Part shown: positions 29,083-41,514 of the stretch, piece by piece
Layout of the letters: each line of letters opens with the position of its first letter
Numbering within the stretch: the first letter of the stretch is position 1
Program-made: the position numbers and the translations under genes
NCBI GenBank assembly: GCA_008632985.1
Contig: QPGO01000111.1
Span: 62,001-126,000, forward strand
Source of the DNA: Psammoneis japonica
Lineage: Eukaryota
DNA length: 64,000 nucleotides
Direction of reading: 5' to 3'
The notes under the pieces: generated by a model
Seen by the model: only the letters and a program-made list of their open reading frames with translations
Databases searched by the model: none
What the model was told of the DNA's origin: nothing

Positions 29083-32000
29083 TACAATGGCCATCCAGCA
29101 GTTCCTCACATCCAGCCACGGTTGCACAACAAGTGGGATTTGTGCAGCAGAATTCGTTGAAACACACTGTGCGACGTCAGCAAGAACATGTGTCTGGCAC
29201 GCATCCCACACATCTGTTGCACTTGGCAGCAGATCGAGACATGAGGCGTCACAGTCGTACAAACGTCGTATGGTCGTAGTGGGTAGAACCGACTTCAACT
29301 ACGAGACACATCATCGCACATTGAACTTCCACAAGATGTCGTTCCCGCTGACGTTCACAACCTCACCGGTGTGATGCCGCTGCTGTTTTGGCAGCACATC
29401 CCAATGCAGAACGCACGAGCGAACGATGACGTGTCAAGCAAATCGAGACGAGCGATCTACAGCGTGTCGGGTCCGTCAATCATGCACGGAAGTTTGCTTC
29501 AACCCTCATTTTTCATGAGATCTGAACTTTTGCAAAGGAAGACTCTCCAGCCATCTCGACACAAAGCATCGCCAGTTGCAGCTGAGACAATGTCTGCGGG
29601 GACCAGAGTGCACTGGTCGCAGAGTCTGCAGAGACCGGGAAACACCGGTTGCAGATTTGTCACATCGCGTTCATTGTCATTCATTGTGCTCTTGATGTGC
29701 TGAAGATTTGTTGCACACACTCGTCTGCTGAGTCCAGAAAACACTGGAAGTGGACCCTGCAGTGACTGGGAACACCAGTTGCAGGTCGGATCATCCACCA
29801 TCCATTGATCATGTTGACTTTACTCAGATTGTTCTCATTGCAAGTCTCATGGGTCGTCGTGTTATCTGGTGTGCACCTGTTGCTGCGTTGTTGGTTCAAC
29901 TTGTCTTTGCGCAGTGTGAGCCTGCCGCTCCACAAGCTGTCTTATGGATGACAGCAACACCAGGCACCGAGACAACACAAACAGACGTTTTGAGAAGCTT
30001 TGTTGCAGGAATGGAAACGAGTGCGTCCCTTGGGTTTGTTTGGTGTGTGACAGATTGTCAAAACCGTCTCAGACTGCTCGACTTTCTGTCAACAAATTGA
30101 AAGAAGCCAGACACCTGTTGACTCCATCTGAATGGAACCAAGTGTCGGAAGACCTGCACGATTGTTGTCGCATCGATGACGACCACATTCCACGGGATTG
30201 CCGATGGATTTCCGACCTGTCACTTTCGCCAAGAGCTCGACACATTGTTCCGAACGACAACAGAAGGTCTGAAGGATTCACTTGTTGCAGGCCTTGTAAA
30301 AGGAGTCTCTGCACTGCTTCCATGCCTCCACACGCAACAGCAAATAATTGCTGTTTTGGAACACCACCACCTGAATTATCGTGTCTTACCGAAGTGGAAC
30401 CAGCTTTTGTTGACACCTGTGAAAACACATGGCTGCTGCTTCAGTTTTGTCGGTGGTGAACAGAAGAAACTGCAAGGCAGTCTTTCCTGTTACAAGATAA
30501 ACACAAAGAGCATCGCCCGCACCATTGTGCACTTTGACGTGTTGAACCTTCATCAAAATGTGGTTGTGTTGGCATCCGGCAAAATGACACCAGAGCAAAG
30601 GCGAATGGCCAGACAAAAGAACAAAATCAGGACTCACTGTGTGATGAGAGCACTGGAATGGCTCACCCATCACCACGAGAATTAGATGAATCAAGACATC
30701 GATCTAGAGGAAGTGCGAAGTAATTTACAGAATCCAGTTTTAGTGGACAACAGCAGTTCAGACGAAAGCGAAAATGCAAACATTGAAACCACAGAGTCCC
30801 ACAGTGTTTGTTTCCCCGATGGCACCGTTTCTTCAACAACTGGTGGACAACGCAATTTAGACAACTTCAAAGACTTGGTGCACGATGCAGCTGCAAGCGG
30901 TTTTGACATTGAATTCAAAGCTGATCTTTTGAAAGAATCAGTCAGTGACTTCAAGGACAACAACCTGGCAAATGCTTGCTTGCTGCAATTTCCTTGTGGG
31001 CGTGGCGGCATTGATGAAACAAGAATGAAAGAAGACGGGAGTCTTGCCGACTGTGCAAATCTAGCACATTGCGCAGATCACTTGGCCCGCATTTCTCAGC
31101 CCCATTTCCACAAGCAACTCTTTGTTCTGACCCTGTGCAATCTGACTGTGAAGCAACGAATGGTGCACAGTGCTGGATGGAAAGCAAGAGACAAAAATCA
31201 AGCCAGACAATTCTCAAATGAACTGACACAAGACGACGTCGACCGTGCCATGTGTGACAGACAGACCGGTGAACGCAGGAATTGCGCATTGGGACATCGT
31301 TTCTTGAGTGCAGTGGATGTGGTGTCGGCATCTGTTCCACATGCAAATGAAGCAGCAAAAAAAATGAGAAGAAATGCTGAAACCCACCAACACCACTTTG
31401 GACAACCTGGAGCATTTTTAACGACAAGCCCCGATGATGCCAATTCCTTTTTAGTTCAAATTTATACGGACATGCTCATCGACAAAGGCAGAGATGTGAC
31501 AGAAATGTCGGATGAAGAACCAACCGAAAAGGCTGAGGCAAGAAACGAGCTTCGTGTGGAGCACCCGGGTGTCACGGCTTTTGCATTCGAAATGTCATTG
31601 GAAATCGTCATAGAAGAAGCAACAGGATGGGACTTAAAAAGGAATTCACCCAGAGAAGATTTTGAATTCTACATGGGGAGACCCTCCGCTTTCACAGCTG
31701 CAATGGAAGAACAAGGTAGACTCTCGGCACACGGTCACATTCAGGCATGGTTTGAAGACACAAACACAGCAAGAGACAATCTGCATTCTGACAACAGAGA
31801 TTTTAGGCGTGATGGTAAAAGAACACTGTCCAAACTGACCAGTCGGATCTGCACAACTGGGTTGACATGTTTAAAGGACCCAACCCAACAGATGACAGCT
31901 GAGGAAAAAGAGAAACACATGCTCGGACTGAAAGCAACCCAATTGCCATTCATGACAAACAATGCGACTGCAGGACACAAGCTTCAAGGAAGCGGTGTCG

Positions 32001-32749
32001 ACAATGTGTTTGTGCACAGCTGGAGCCACACACAAAACTGGGCACATGTCATGCTCTCCAGGGTTAAGACCAGAAATGGTCTGCATCTTCGGCAACCGCT
32101 GAAGAGAGATTTAAGTCTGTGCAGACTGCCGGACGGGTGCAACACCCTGCTCCGGTTGATGGAAGGAAAAAGTGTCACACACTTCACCAACGAACAGCAT
32201 GATGACATTTTGCAGTCCAATTGACACACAGAACATTTTGACACTGCATGTGGGAATTATTTCTACATTTTGGAAAATGTTCCAAGCTTTGTGCGCGGGC
32301 TTGCAGGCGTGCCCGGCAACAACCGATAGAAAACAAAGGGTCCAATCTAATGGGTCGATGTCAGTGCATTGTTGCAATGACAGACACACTCAGCAACCAG
32401 TGATGCACAACGTCAGGACAGTTCTCTTGTCATCCACCATAGAACGATCACACCAGAATTGTCAAAAAGGGGAAACCCACGTCTCTTCTTGTGGCACATC
32501 CACACACGAATGCAAGAATTAAATCGCCATTTTTTGACACAACATTAAAACACAAATGTGGAATTGCGTCGCACATTAATTAATTGCGAACCCATCATTT
32601 AAGCGTGCGAATTTTTTAAAAAATGATTGGTGGCAAGTGAAGATCAAAGCTCTAAAATTTGATGCTCGCGCGCATGGCAATCCAAACCAGCCCGGGTTCC
32701 ACACCTCCTCACTTCGTGTCCAGAGTTCCCACCACAAAGGAGGAACCAA
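29083..32749 (+). mobile_element. Internally deleted Helitron-like rolling-circle transposon
   Basis: Absent from duplicate copy B. Encodes CxxC..MPPHATANN..GTPPPEL (DUF6570-like), LLQFPCGRGG, Rep motifs GQPGAFLTTSPDD and EEQGRLSAHGHIQAW, then jumps to PIF1-helicase C-terminal motifs AGHKLQG and HVMLSRVKT. Confidence 0.85.
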
Positions 32750-32796
32750 TGCTCCTGTCGTTTGTACCTTTCTTGCAAACATCACAGTCCCGGCCT

Positions 32797-33420
32797 TCAA
32801 TGACGACGACGGCAGGCACGGCGGGCCTGTTGGCGGCATCCCAATCCGGTCATGGCTCCTCCAGCAGCTCCGGTGGCTGCTCCCATCTTGGCTCCTTTTC
32901 CGGCGTCGCCGGCAATGGCCCCAGCAACTGCTCCAACGACAGCACCTCTTAGAGCTCCTTGAGCAGCTCCCTTGACAACGTGAGGTTCATTTCGATGTTG
33001 AGGAGGAGGTGCATGTTTCTTGGCAGGAGGGGGCACAGGCTGCGGAGGCGGAGGAGGCGCGGCCTGAGGTGCGGGAGCTTCTTGCTTGGGTGGCTCGCGA
33101 TTTTTGAGCTTTTTGTTTTCTGCCTTGAGTTGAGCATTCTCTTCTTCGAGTTCCTTGACACGTTTTGACATTTCCGAATCTTCACCACCCCCACCACCTT
33201 GAGCGAGACTTTGCACAAAATCAAGTCCCTTTTTTACTCTCTTTGCATCGAGGCCAGACAATCCAAGATCAACTTTCATGTCCTCATCTGACAGCTCTGC
33301 CAAAAGGCTTCCGTCAACCGAATTCTCACGAAAGGCATCTTGCTTCTTACCGAGACCAATGGCAACTAAGAAGAGACAGACTTCATTCACAGTGTAATCT
33401 TTCGGCTCTTTCACTGCCAT
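32797..33420 (-). pseudogene. Mutated paralog of the SAM/glycine-zipper gene (frame still open)
   Basis: Aligns to 38883-39500. Terminal TAT>CAT (Y>H), several CG>TG/CA changes. Lies inside the mutated domain; functionality unknown. Confidence 0.7.
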
Positions 33421-33659
33421 GGCTGGCTTTCTAATTCTTTGCGTCGCGAAGCAGTGCCGCGCGGGGATCGACGGCCAGTCGCGCGTCTCTCTGGGGGGAG
33501 TGAGTGCGAGTGCCGGCAAGTTTGTCCCGCATTCGAAATTCAAAAAATCTGGTCAGATGCATGACGGGTGGGTGACAGGCGAGGTGAGACGATGAGATGT
33601 GATCGATCGCGACGGGAAACTGGAGATTCTCTCGAGTGGCTTGTGCCTCGGATGCACGT

Positions 33660-34720
33660 GAAAAAGAGGAACGGCCATGAGCTTAGAGGCAGCATTTTTC
33701 AGAAAATTGAGGAAGCCATCAACACAAGACAGGAGATCTTTTGCGCCCTCGGAGAGAGATTGCTTTCAAAATGATTTTGGGGACAAGCCAAGTCAGATTG
33801 CACAATGGTTCATGATGACTGCCAACATTCAGCACCTGCACTTCAAGGTGGTGAGTAAAATAAAAATGAAGATGGCAGCATGATTGCAGGGAAAATGTCA
33901 TTTCGATGGGCTGATTCCACGAGCCTCAGGTGTCAAGGAAGTTCGACTCTGCAGTTTGCCGTTTGTGACACTTCGCTCTGTTGTGTGAAAATCAGTGAAC
34001 CAAACAGAATTTGGCCAGACTTTTTAGTTGGTTTCCAGCTCAGCAAGGGACAATTTTGTCTGACATTCATGCCAGCAACTCATCCTGTTCAGATCAACAG
34101 TGAACGAATGGCCTGTGATCATGCCTCAGACACATCATCCTTGGATTTAAGGAAGAATTCCCCTGAGATGGTCGCTGATGTTGCCACATGTGGGTTGGCA
34201 TTGGTCAAAGTGTTCTCCACCAAAAAAACATGTTGATGCTGCCATGTGCGGATTGGCATTGGTCAAAGCGTTTTCAAACCAAAAAAAATGTCATGCTGAC
34301 ATCAAACAGAGCAATGTGATGCTGGAAGGGGCAACAGGAAAAACGGCAGTGACGATTGACCTTGGATCCAGTGTCCTGCACAGCAAGAGCATGACAGAGC
34401 TCTCTTTTGCTTTTGGACTGGAATGTGCTCCCACAGGCTCCCTCAAGCATGACATGACCCATCTGGCAGTTTCTGTTGTGCATGTGATGACTTCGACAAA
34501 TGATCCACTGAGGGAAGAAGTGACGTGAGCTGGGCTCTCACGTGCCATCAGAAAACCGCAAAACATTGCTTCAATTGAAGAAGGTTGCAAAAGCTTGTCT
34601 GACAGAGGGCAAGAACATTGATGAAATGTGGGAAGAGGCCAAAGAGTTCATAAAAAGCGAATGTGAACATGCGGAATTGCTTGTTGACTTGAGCACATGT
34701 GGCCACGGACAACCCACTCT
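33660..34720 (+). pseudogene. Hypermutated paralog of the kinase-like sequence at 39720-40722
   Basis: CHADIKQSN and VTIDLGS retained. Tyr replaced (GYDM>KHDM, EYG>ECE). Stops, frameshifts and a small internal duplication at ~34175-34290. Confidence 0.8.
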
Positions 34721-35905
34721 GTTGCATGATGAATCAAAGCATGGACCAAACTCTTCCTGTGTCTGTCTGCGCAACTCTTTTGCCATCTGTCAGTGGAGTG
34801 GCTGCCTCTTCACTTGTTCTCCTGTGGTTGTTGTCTCCTTCTTGACTCTCTTGCTCTTTGTCCTGCAGTGTTGCTCTTGCATTGTGTTGAGATCATTTTG
34901 GAGCAATCGTTGTCCTTGTCAGTTGTCTCTGCCAGAATGTTGGCATGTGGTGAAAGAGACAAGTCTGCAAGGCAGGGTCCCAACTTCCTTTTTTCTTGTC
35001 TTCAACTGTGCCACAAAGTCTTCAGCCTTGATGTTGCCCATGCCAGCACCTGCGGGAGTTTTGAAAACTCCATTGTCAAGCCTGGTGCATCTTTCATGAT
35101 CAAGATGCACACCAAGCCGGGTCTGAAATGGTGCTGTGGCAAGTGCATCTGACATTGAGTTGGATGCACTGACTCTCTTTGCCTGCAAGGAGACTGTTGT
35201 GTTGACTTGATGTTCTTGCTTTGTAGCTTGCTTCAATTCATGGGCATTTTGACATTGCTGAAATGCTGTGGGATTGCAGAGCCAGCTTGAACACAGGCAC
35301 CAAAAATGCAGATTGATGCTGTTGCTTCACATGCTCAGAGAGATTGCTTCCTTGTTGCTTGCTTTGCATGCACGCATTTGCATCTTGCAAATGACAAAAA
35401 GCACAGCACTGTTTCTACAGAAGAAGTTCTTCTTGTTGAGAGAAGCTGCTGTGTTGTCAACAACAGACCAGACTGTGCTGTCATCAAACTGCTTCATTCC
35501 ATGAGTCACTCTGCTCTCTGCAGACCAGCTCTTGCATCATGAAATCACAATTGTCCAACCTGTCAAAGAAGCTCCAAGTTTTCATCTTCTTCATCTTGGT
35601 GGACTTCTTCTGACTGCAGCTGAGTCATCAAATCTTTTGCATCCACCAAGCATTTTTTACAAAGCACTGGCAACTGACACTGTGCTGTGGACAGAAGATG
35701 CTGAAGTCATGCCACACTGCCGATTGTGAGCGACACACCAAAAATTGAAAGATGCTGCTGAGAGATTTCCTGCAGGGCCCTGCTCTGGCTGGCACCTGAG
35801 AGCAGACCCAACTCAAACTGTCTTGGACAGAAGGTTGTGTGGATGAATGAGAAAGTGCAAAATGTGAGCAGCAAAAATGACCGCCACTGTGATTTTCCTT
35901 GCATG

Positions 35906-38213
35906 CAGCAGCTGCGCCACTTTTCTTGTTTGTCCTCGGCGGTGATCTTCTAAGCTGGTGGGCACAATTCAGGGCCAGGCAATCCAAGCAGGAGTGGAGT
36001 GGGCTTTGCTGGTGCACAAACTGCACTTCTCCAAAAACAAACCCAGGCTGGACAGCAAGGGGGGCAGAGGGCAGGAGAGGTGGGAGTGTTGAAAACCATC
36101 TGACCGGCTTGCTGTTGTTGTCTCAAAAAGAATGAGAGAACAATGGCCGGATGGAATGAAATCCCAAAGAAGTTCGAGCACTTTCAATGGAGTTGGGAAT
36201 CTTGCCTTGCAGATTGCTCAAGGACAGCAGCTGCACCGCTTTTCTTGTTTGTCAGCTTTCCTCGTTTGTCCTCAGCAGCAATCTTCTAAGCCAGTGGGTG
36301 CAATTTATGGCCAGGCAATCCAAGCAGGAGTGGAGCGGGCTTTGCCAGCGCACGAACTGCACTTCTCCAAAAACAAACCCAGGCTGGACGGCAAGGGCCT
36401 CCAGCCACCTCCATGTGCTGTGCATGTGCTGCAAATGGCACAGTGGAGGCAAGTGATCTTGGGTGGGAGAGGTGGGATCACATGGTGGACGCGTTCCAGC
36501 CCTAGGTGGGAGCTCGTAGTACTGACGTGTGACACAAATAATTTTTATCATCCGTCGTATGTTTCGCACGTACATTTCTACGTGTGATATTTAAAAAAAA
36601 TTGTCCAGACTTGCTGTTTTGCAAAGCCCCAGACGTTTTACATGACGCATTTATAGAAACAATAATGCGCCAGTTACATTCTTCAATGTCTGAAGAATGT
36701 AACTGGCTAAGTAAAAATCGATGTACTTCCATCATGTGCGAGTTTGTGCGTTCGCAAAATTGCCTCATTTTCTGTTGGCGAACATTGACATTCTAATTAC
36801 CGTATAATTTTACTACGGAGCTCGCACGTAGAATTCTACGTGCCCAATGTCACACGGATTCCCACCTACGTCTGGAACGCGTCGGTGGGCTGTGGTGATC
36901 ATGGCATGTCAGCGGCAAGGGGAACTTCAGCACTGGGATGAAGGACAAAGTTGCCACAATGATGGGCTCTGCTTGTGGGTGGAGCCATTGGAGCATTTTG
37001 TCAGATTGCCAGCGGCCCAAGAGACAAATGATGTCAGTGTCCACTTGAGCACACACAGCAATCCCATGGCACCTGCGGCTCGAAGGCAACATGCAGAGAC
37101 AATCAGTGGGAAAAAATCCAAACCCTTGGTGAAAACATGCTGACAGGGATGTGTCAGGAAGGATGCCAAAGGCGTGCAGATGAGCAATGTGGCAAATTGC
37201 TGCTTTAACAGGGCAGAGCTGAGGGTGGCCGGAGAGACCGAGGCCAGTGACCTCACCACATGCGCCACTCTTCTGAGTGGCTCGAAAGCAACATGATTGC
37301 AGCTGGCATCACGTCATCACTCAACACACATGCACCGGCTGGTGCAAGCTGCATGAGTTTTGTGGGATGTTGAGTGACTTGGTGTTGGTCATGTGCAAGG
37401 TTGCCAACTGTGCCATGGCAATGGCCGTCCCATGGTTGGGGATTTCCCAAGACGGCAATGGGGCAAGTCGACACGCAGTGCAACACTTGAATCTGTCCGG
37501 GATTGTTGACAAGTCCCAGTGCACAGCAGTGAGTGATCACAGAAACAGGTGCATCATGCCCCAATGCGGCAGTGACACGGTCAAATGACGCAACCGGGCT
37601 GTGTGTGATTGCCCGTTGACCACAGCTGCTGCAAAATCCGCCATCGGTTTCACGTGCACTCCATGGTTCAGATCCAATGCTGGGGTCCCATGAAAGTCTG
37701 TGCGGGTCCTCATGGCATGTGGAAGTGCCGGCCTGGCCATTGGGGGACCCTGACAGGGTGCATCAGGCTGTCTGCCGGCTTGTGCTGGTGATGCAGTGCT
37801 TGTTGGGGGATCGCCGCGCGGCTTGTGGCGGCTGTTGCTGCACTGGTGGCTGCCCTGGCGGTGCTCCCTGAAGTGGCACCTGCACTGGTGCAGGGTGCAC
37901 CAGGGGCTGCTTGGCGTTCTTCGGCGGTGGCTGCCCTTGTGCGGGTGCTCCCTGATCATCAACCTGAAGCCCACCTTGTGGGTTGCTTCAGTGCACATTT
38001 GCAAGTGTCAACATTCTGCCATTCAAACGAGAAACCAACAGCGGCGGGAGGCATCCTGCATCAGAACAACAGCGTTAAAAACTATCTAACCAGCTTGCTG
38101 TTGTTGTTTCAAGAAGAATGAGAGAACAACGGCCGGGTGGAATGAAATCCCAAAGAAGTTCGAGCACTTTCAACGGAATTGGGAATCTCGCCTTGCGGAT
38201 TGCTCGAGGACAG
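35906..38213 (-). mobile_element. Degenerate non-autonomous tyrosine-recombinase (Ngaro/PAT-like) element with split direct repeats
   Basis: YR C-terminal relic LRAAGAMGLL/CAQVDTDIICLLGRWQSDKMLQWLH at ~36970-37110. In element orientation the repeats are A1 (38073-38213) - ORF - B1 (36226-36398) - A2 (36088-36228) - B2 (35906-36063). The empty site is visible in copy A at ~28487. Confidence 0.75.
36492..36870. repeat. TA-retaining island with two palindromes; inverted homolog of 19340-19645
   Basis: 17-bp-arm hairpin at 36669-36707 and perfect 20-bp palindrome gcacgtagaattctacgtgc at 36824-36843. The reverse complement of 36492-36790 aligns with 19345-19645. Confidence 0.8.
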
Positions 38214-38327
38214 TGTCGCCCACGTTCCCGACTACCGACTGCGCGCGCCGACATCAAAGCATCGCATCTTGTCGATACAGCGAAGATATCATAACTCTAA
38301 AAAAGAGGGTGCAGCACATATTGCACC

Positions 38328-38783
38328 ATGAGTTTAGCCGAGAAAGCAACAGAACTTGCAGAGAAATGGGGAGCTTCGTTCACCAAGGGTGCCAAGGACG
38401 GAGATTTTTCGGCTTTTGAAGAGCTCTTTGTCAAGGATGAGCCGGTTTATGTCGTTTTACAAGATTCCCAAGGAAATGAAATTGAATGCATTGTTGAAGA
38501 TGATGGAGACGAGAATTCCTTCACTTGGAAGGAGCTAATTGACTTATTCAAGAAGGATATAAGCGCTGATACGAACTATTTCAAAACGGAAAGCGACTGT
38601 CTCGGAGTCTTGGGCGATCGTATGATTATGGAATCTTGTCGTTTCAACAAGGATGGCGAAATCTACCTGGCAGCCTTCTCCATTCTAACTTTGAATGAAG
38701 ACGGAAAGGTCAAAGAGTATGAAGCCTTTTCGGAGCCGCAAGCAGCAAATTTGATGGCTGCTGCTTCTGCAAAATTAGCTTAG
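38328..38783 (+). CDS. 151-aa acidic protein, probable SnoaL/NTF2-like fold
   Basis: Intact ATG-TAG ORF with normal composition. N-terminal helix + FEELF and C-terminal LTLNEDGKVKEYEAF pattern resemble the NTF2 superfamily (fold is inferred). Confidence 0.8.
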   Translation: MSLAEKATELAEKWGASFTKGAKDGDFSAFEELFVKDEPVYVVLQDSQGNEIECIVEDDGDENSFTWKELIDLFKKDISADTNYFKTESDCLGVLGDRMIMESCRFNKDGEIYLAAFSILTLNEDGKVKEYEAFSEPQAANLMAAASAKLA

Positions 38784-38882
38784 CTTTGATACTTAGTTTT
38801 AAAAATTCTCTTTCTTTCGTTTTTACATTTTACTCCTACAGTAAAGTTTGTCGCTTTCATACAAATATCATATTTCCGGCCT

Positions 38883-39500
38883 TCAATAACCACGACGGCG
38901 GGCACGGCGGGCCTGTCGGCGGCGTCCCGCTCCCGTCATGGCTCCTCCAGCGGCTCCGGCGGCTGCTCCCATCTTTGCTCCTTGTCCCGCGTCGCCTGCA
39001 ATGGCACCAGCAACCGCCCCAACGACGGCACCTTTTGCAGCTCCTCCCGCAGCTCCCTTGACCACGTGATGCTCATTTCGATGTTGAGGAGGAGGTGCCT
39101 GTTTCTGTGCGGGGGCGGGCGCAGGCTGAGGAGGAGGCGCGGCCTGAGGTGCGGGAGCTTCTTGCTTGGGTGGTTCGGGATTTTTGAGCTTGTTGATTTC
39201 TGCCTTGAGTTGAGCATTCTCTTCTTCGAGTTCCTTGAAACGTTCTGAAATTTCCGAATCTTCACCACCACCACCACCTTGAGCGAGACTTTGCGCAAAA
39301 TCAAGTCCCTTTTTCACTCTCTTGGTATCGAGGCCAGACAATCCAAGATCTACTTTCATATCCTCATCTGACAGCTCTACCAAAAGGCTTCCGTCAACCG
39401 AATTCTCACGAAAGGCATCTTGCTTCTTACCAAGTCCAATGGCAACTAAGAAGAGACAGACTTCGTCCACGGTATAATCTTTTGGCTCTTTCACCACCAT
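38883..39500 (-). CDS. SAM-domain protein with coiled coil, Pro-rich linker and C-terminal glycine zipper
   Basis: YTVDEVCLFLVAIGLGKKQDAFRENSVDGSLLVELSDEDMKVDLGL (SAM) and GAAGGAAKGAVVGAVAGAIAGDAGQGAKMGAAAGAAGGA (glycine zipper). Confidence 0.88.
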   Translation of the reverse strand: MVVKEPKDYTVDEVCLFLVAIGLGKKQDAFRENSVDGSLLVELSDEDMKVDLGLSGLDTKRVKKGLDFAQSLAQGGGGGEDSEISERFKELEEENAQLKAEINKLKNPEPPKQEAPAPQAAPPPQPAPAPAQKQAPPPQHRNEHHVVKGAAGGAAKGAVVGAVAGAIAGDAGQGAKMGAAAGAAGGAMTGAGRRRQARRARRRGY

Positions 39501-39719
39501 GGTTGGCTCTTTCTAAGAATTCTTTGCAAAAACGCGTGGATTATAAATATGGCATCGAGATCTTTCGCCGCGCGCATCAGTCGCGCTCGCGTCGGGGGGA
39601 TGCGTGATGCTCAATGCGTGTGGTGCGTCGTGCGTCATGATGGCTGGGAGGTGATAGACGATGGTGACGGGAAGCTGGAGATTCTCTCGAGTGGTTTAGG
39701 CATCATTGTACTGGTACAC

Positions 39720-40722
39720 ATGAAAAAGAGGAACGGCCATGAGCTTAGAGGCAGTATTTCAGAAAATTGAGGAAGTCATCAAGAGAGATCTTAGATCTTA
39801 CGCTGTCGGAGAAGGATTGCTTTCACAATTTTGGGGACAAGCTAAGTCAGATTGCGCAAGGGTTTATGACGATTGCCAACATTCAGCGCCTTCACTTCAA
39901 GGTGGCGAGTAAAATAAAAACGAAGACGGCAACACGATTGCAGGGATAATATCATTTCGATGGGCTGATTCCAGGAGCCTCAGGTCAAGGAAATTCGACT
40001 CTACAGTTGCCGTTTATGGCACATCGCTCTGTTCTGCGAAAATTAGCGAACCAAGCAGAATTTCGCCTGAAATTTCAGTTGGTGTCTAGCTCAGCGACGG
40101 TCAAGTTTGTCCGACAGTCATGCCAGTAATTGATTCTGTTCAGATCGATAGTGAACGAATGTCGATGATCACGCCCTATTACCCGCTAGACGTATCATCC
40201 TTGGATTTGAGGAATTCCCCTGAGACGGTCACTAATGCTGCCATGTGCGGATTGGTATCGGTCAAAGCGTTTTCAAACCAAAAAATATGTCATGCTGACA
40301 TCAAACAGAGCAATATGATGCTGGAACGGGCAAGAGGAAAAACGGCAGTGACGATTGACCTTGGATCCAGTGTTCCACACGGTGAGAGCATCACGGAGCT
40401 CTCTTTTGCTTTTGGACTGGACTGTGCTCCCACAGGCTCCCTCGGATACGACATGACCTGTCTAGCAGTTTCCATTGTGCATACGACGACTTCGATAAAT
40501 GATCCACTGAGGGAAGAAGTAACGCGAGCTGGGCTCTCACGTGCCATCGGAAAACCGCAAAACGTTGCTTTAAAGGTTGCAAAAGCTTGTCTGACGGAGG
40601 GTAAGAACATTGATGAAGTTTGGGAAGAGGCCAAAGAGTTCATAGAAAGTGAATATGGAAATGCGGAATCGCTTGTTGACTTGGAGTACATATTGCCACG
40701 AACGACCTATTCCGTTGCATGA
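39720..40722 (+). pseudogene. Protein kinase-like sequence; C-lobe open (40120-40722), N-terminal part interrupted
   Basis: Catalytic-loop-like HADIKQSNMML and DFG-equivalent IDLGS. Upstream frames contain stops/frameshifts. Confidence 0.65.
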
Positions 40723-41514
40723 CGAATCAAAGTAGAGGGACAAACTCTTCCCATGTCTCTCTACGCAACTCTTTTGCCATCTATCAGTGGAGTCGCGATC
40801 CCTTCACTGGTGCTCCTGTGTTTGTTGCCTCCGTCTCGACTCTCACGCTCTGCGTTCTACGACTTTGCTCGTGCATCGTGTTGAGATCATTTGGGAGTAA
40901 TCATTGTCCTTACCAATTATCTCTTCTAGAACAACAGCATACGGTGAAAGACACAAGTCTGCGAGGCGTGGTCCCAACTTCTTTTTGTCTTGTCTTCTAC
41001 AATACATAATTCTTCGGCCTTGATACAACCTTTGCCAGCACCTGCTGGAGTTTAAAACTCTATCATCTAGCCTAGTGCGTCCTTCATGATCGAGATGTAC
41101 AATAGCTTGGTCTATGAAATGGCGCTACGGCGAGTGCGTCCGACATTGAGTTGGAGATACCAACTATCTTTGCCTCCAAGGAATGTTGTGTTGACACAAT
41201 GTTGCTTCGATTCATTTCGATTCATGGGCATTTTGACGTTGCTGAAATGCTCTTGGATGATGGAGCCGGTTCGAGCACTGGCGCCAAAACGCGGATTGAC
41301 GCCGTTACTTTAAATGCGCAGAGAGATTGCTGCCTTGTTGCTGACTTTGGGAACACGTATTTGCATCTTACAAAGAACGAAAAGCGCAGCACTGATTCTA
41401 GAGAAGCTCTTATTGTTGAGAGAAACTACTGTTTTGTTAATATCCAGACTGCAGTATCATCGTAGTACTTTTTGGACAAGTCATTCTACTCTCTAGACTA
41501 GTTCTTACATAAAA

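Noticed and set aside
41151..41465. Ankyrin-like fragment (IHGHFDVAEMLLDDGA)
   Set aside because: A single partial repeat in a short ORF without an ATG start; not enough to call a gene.
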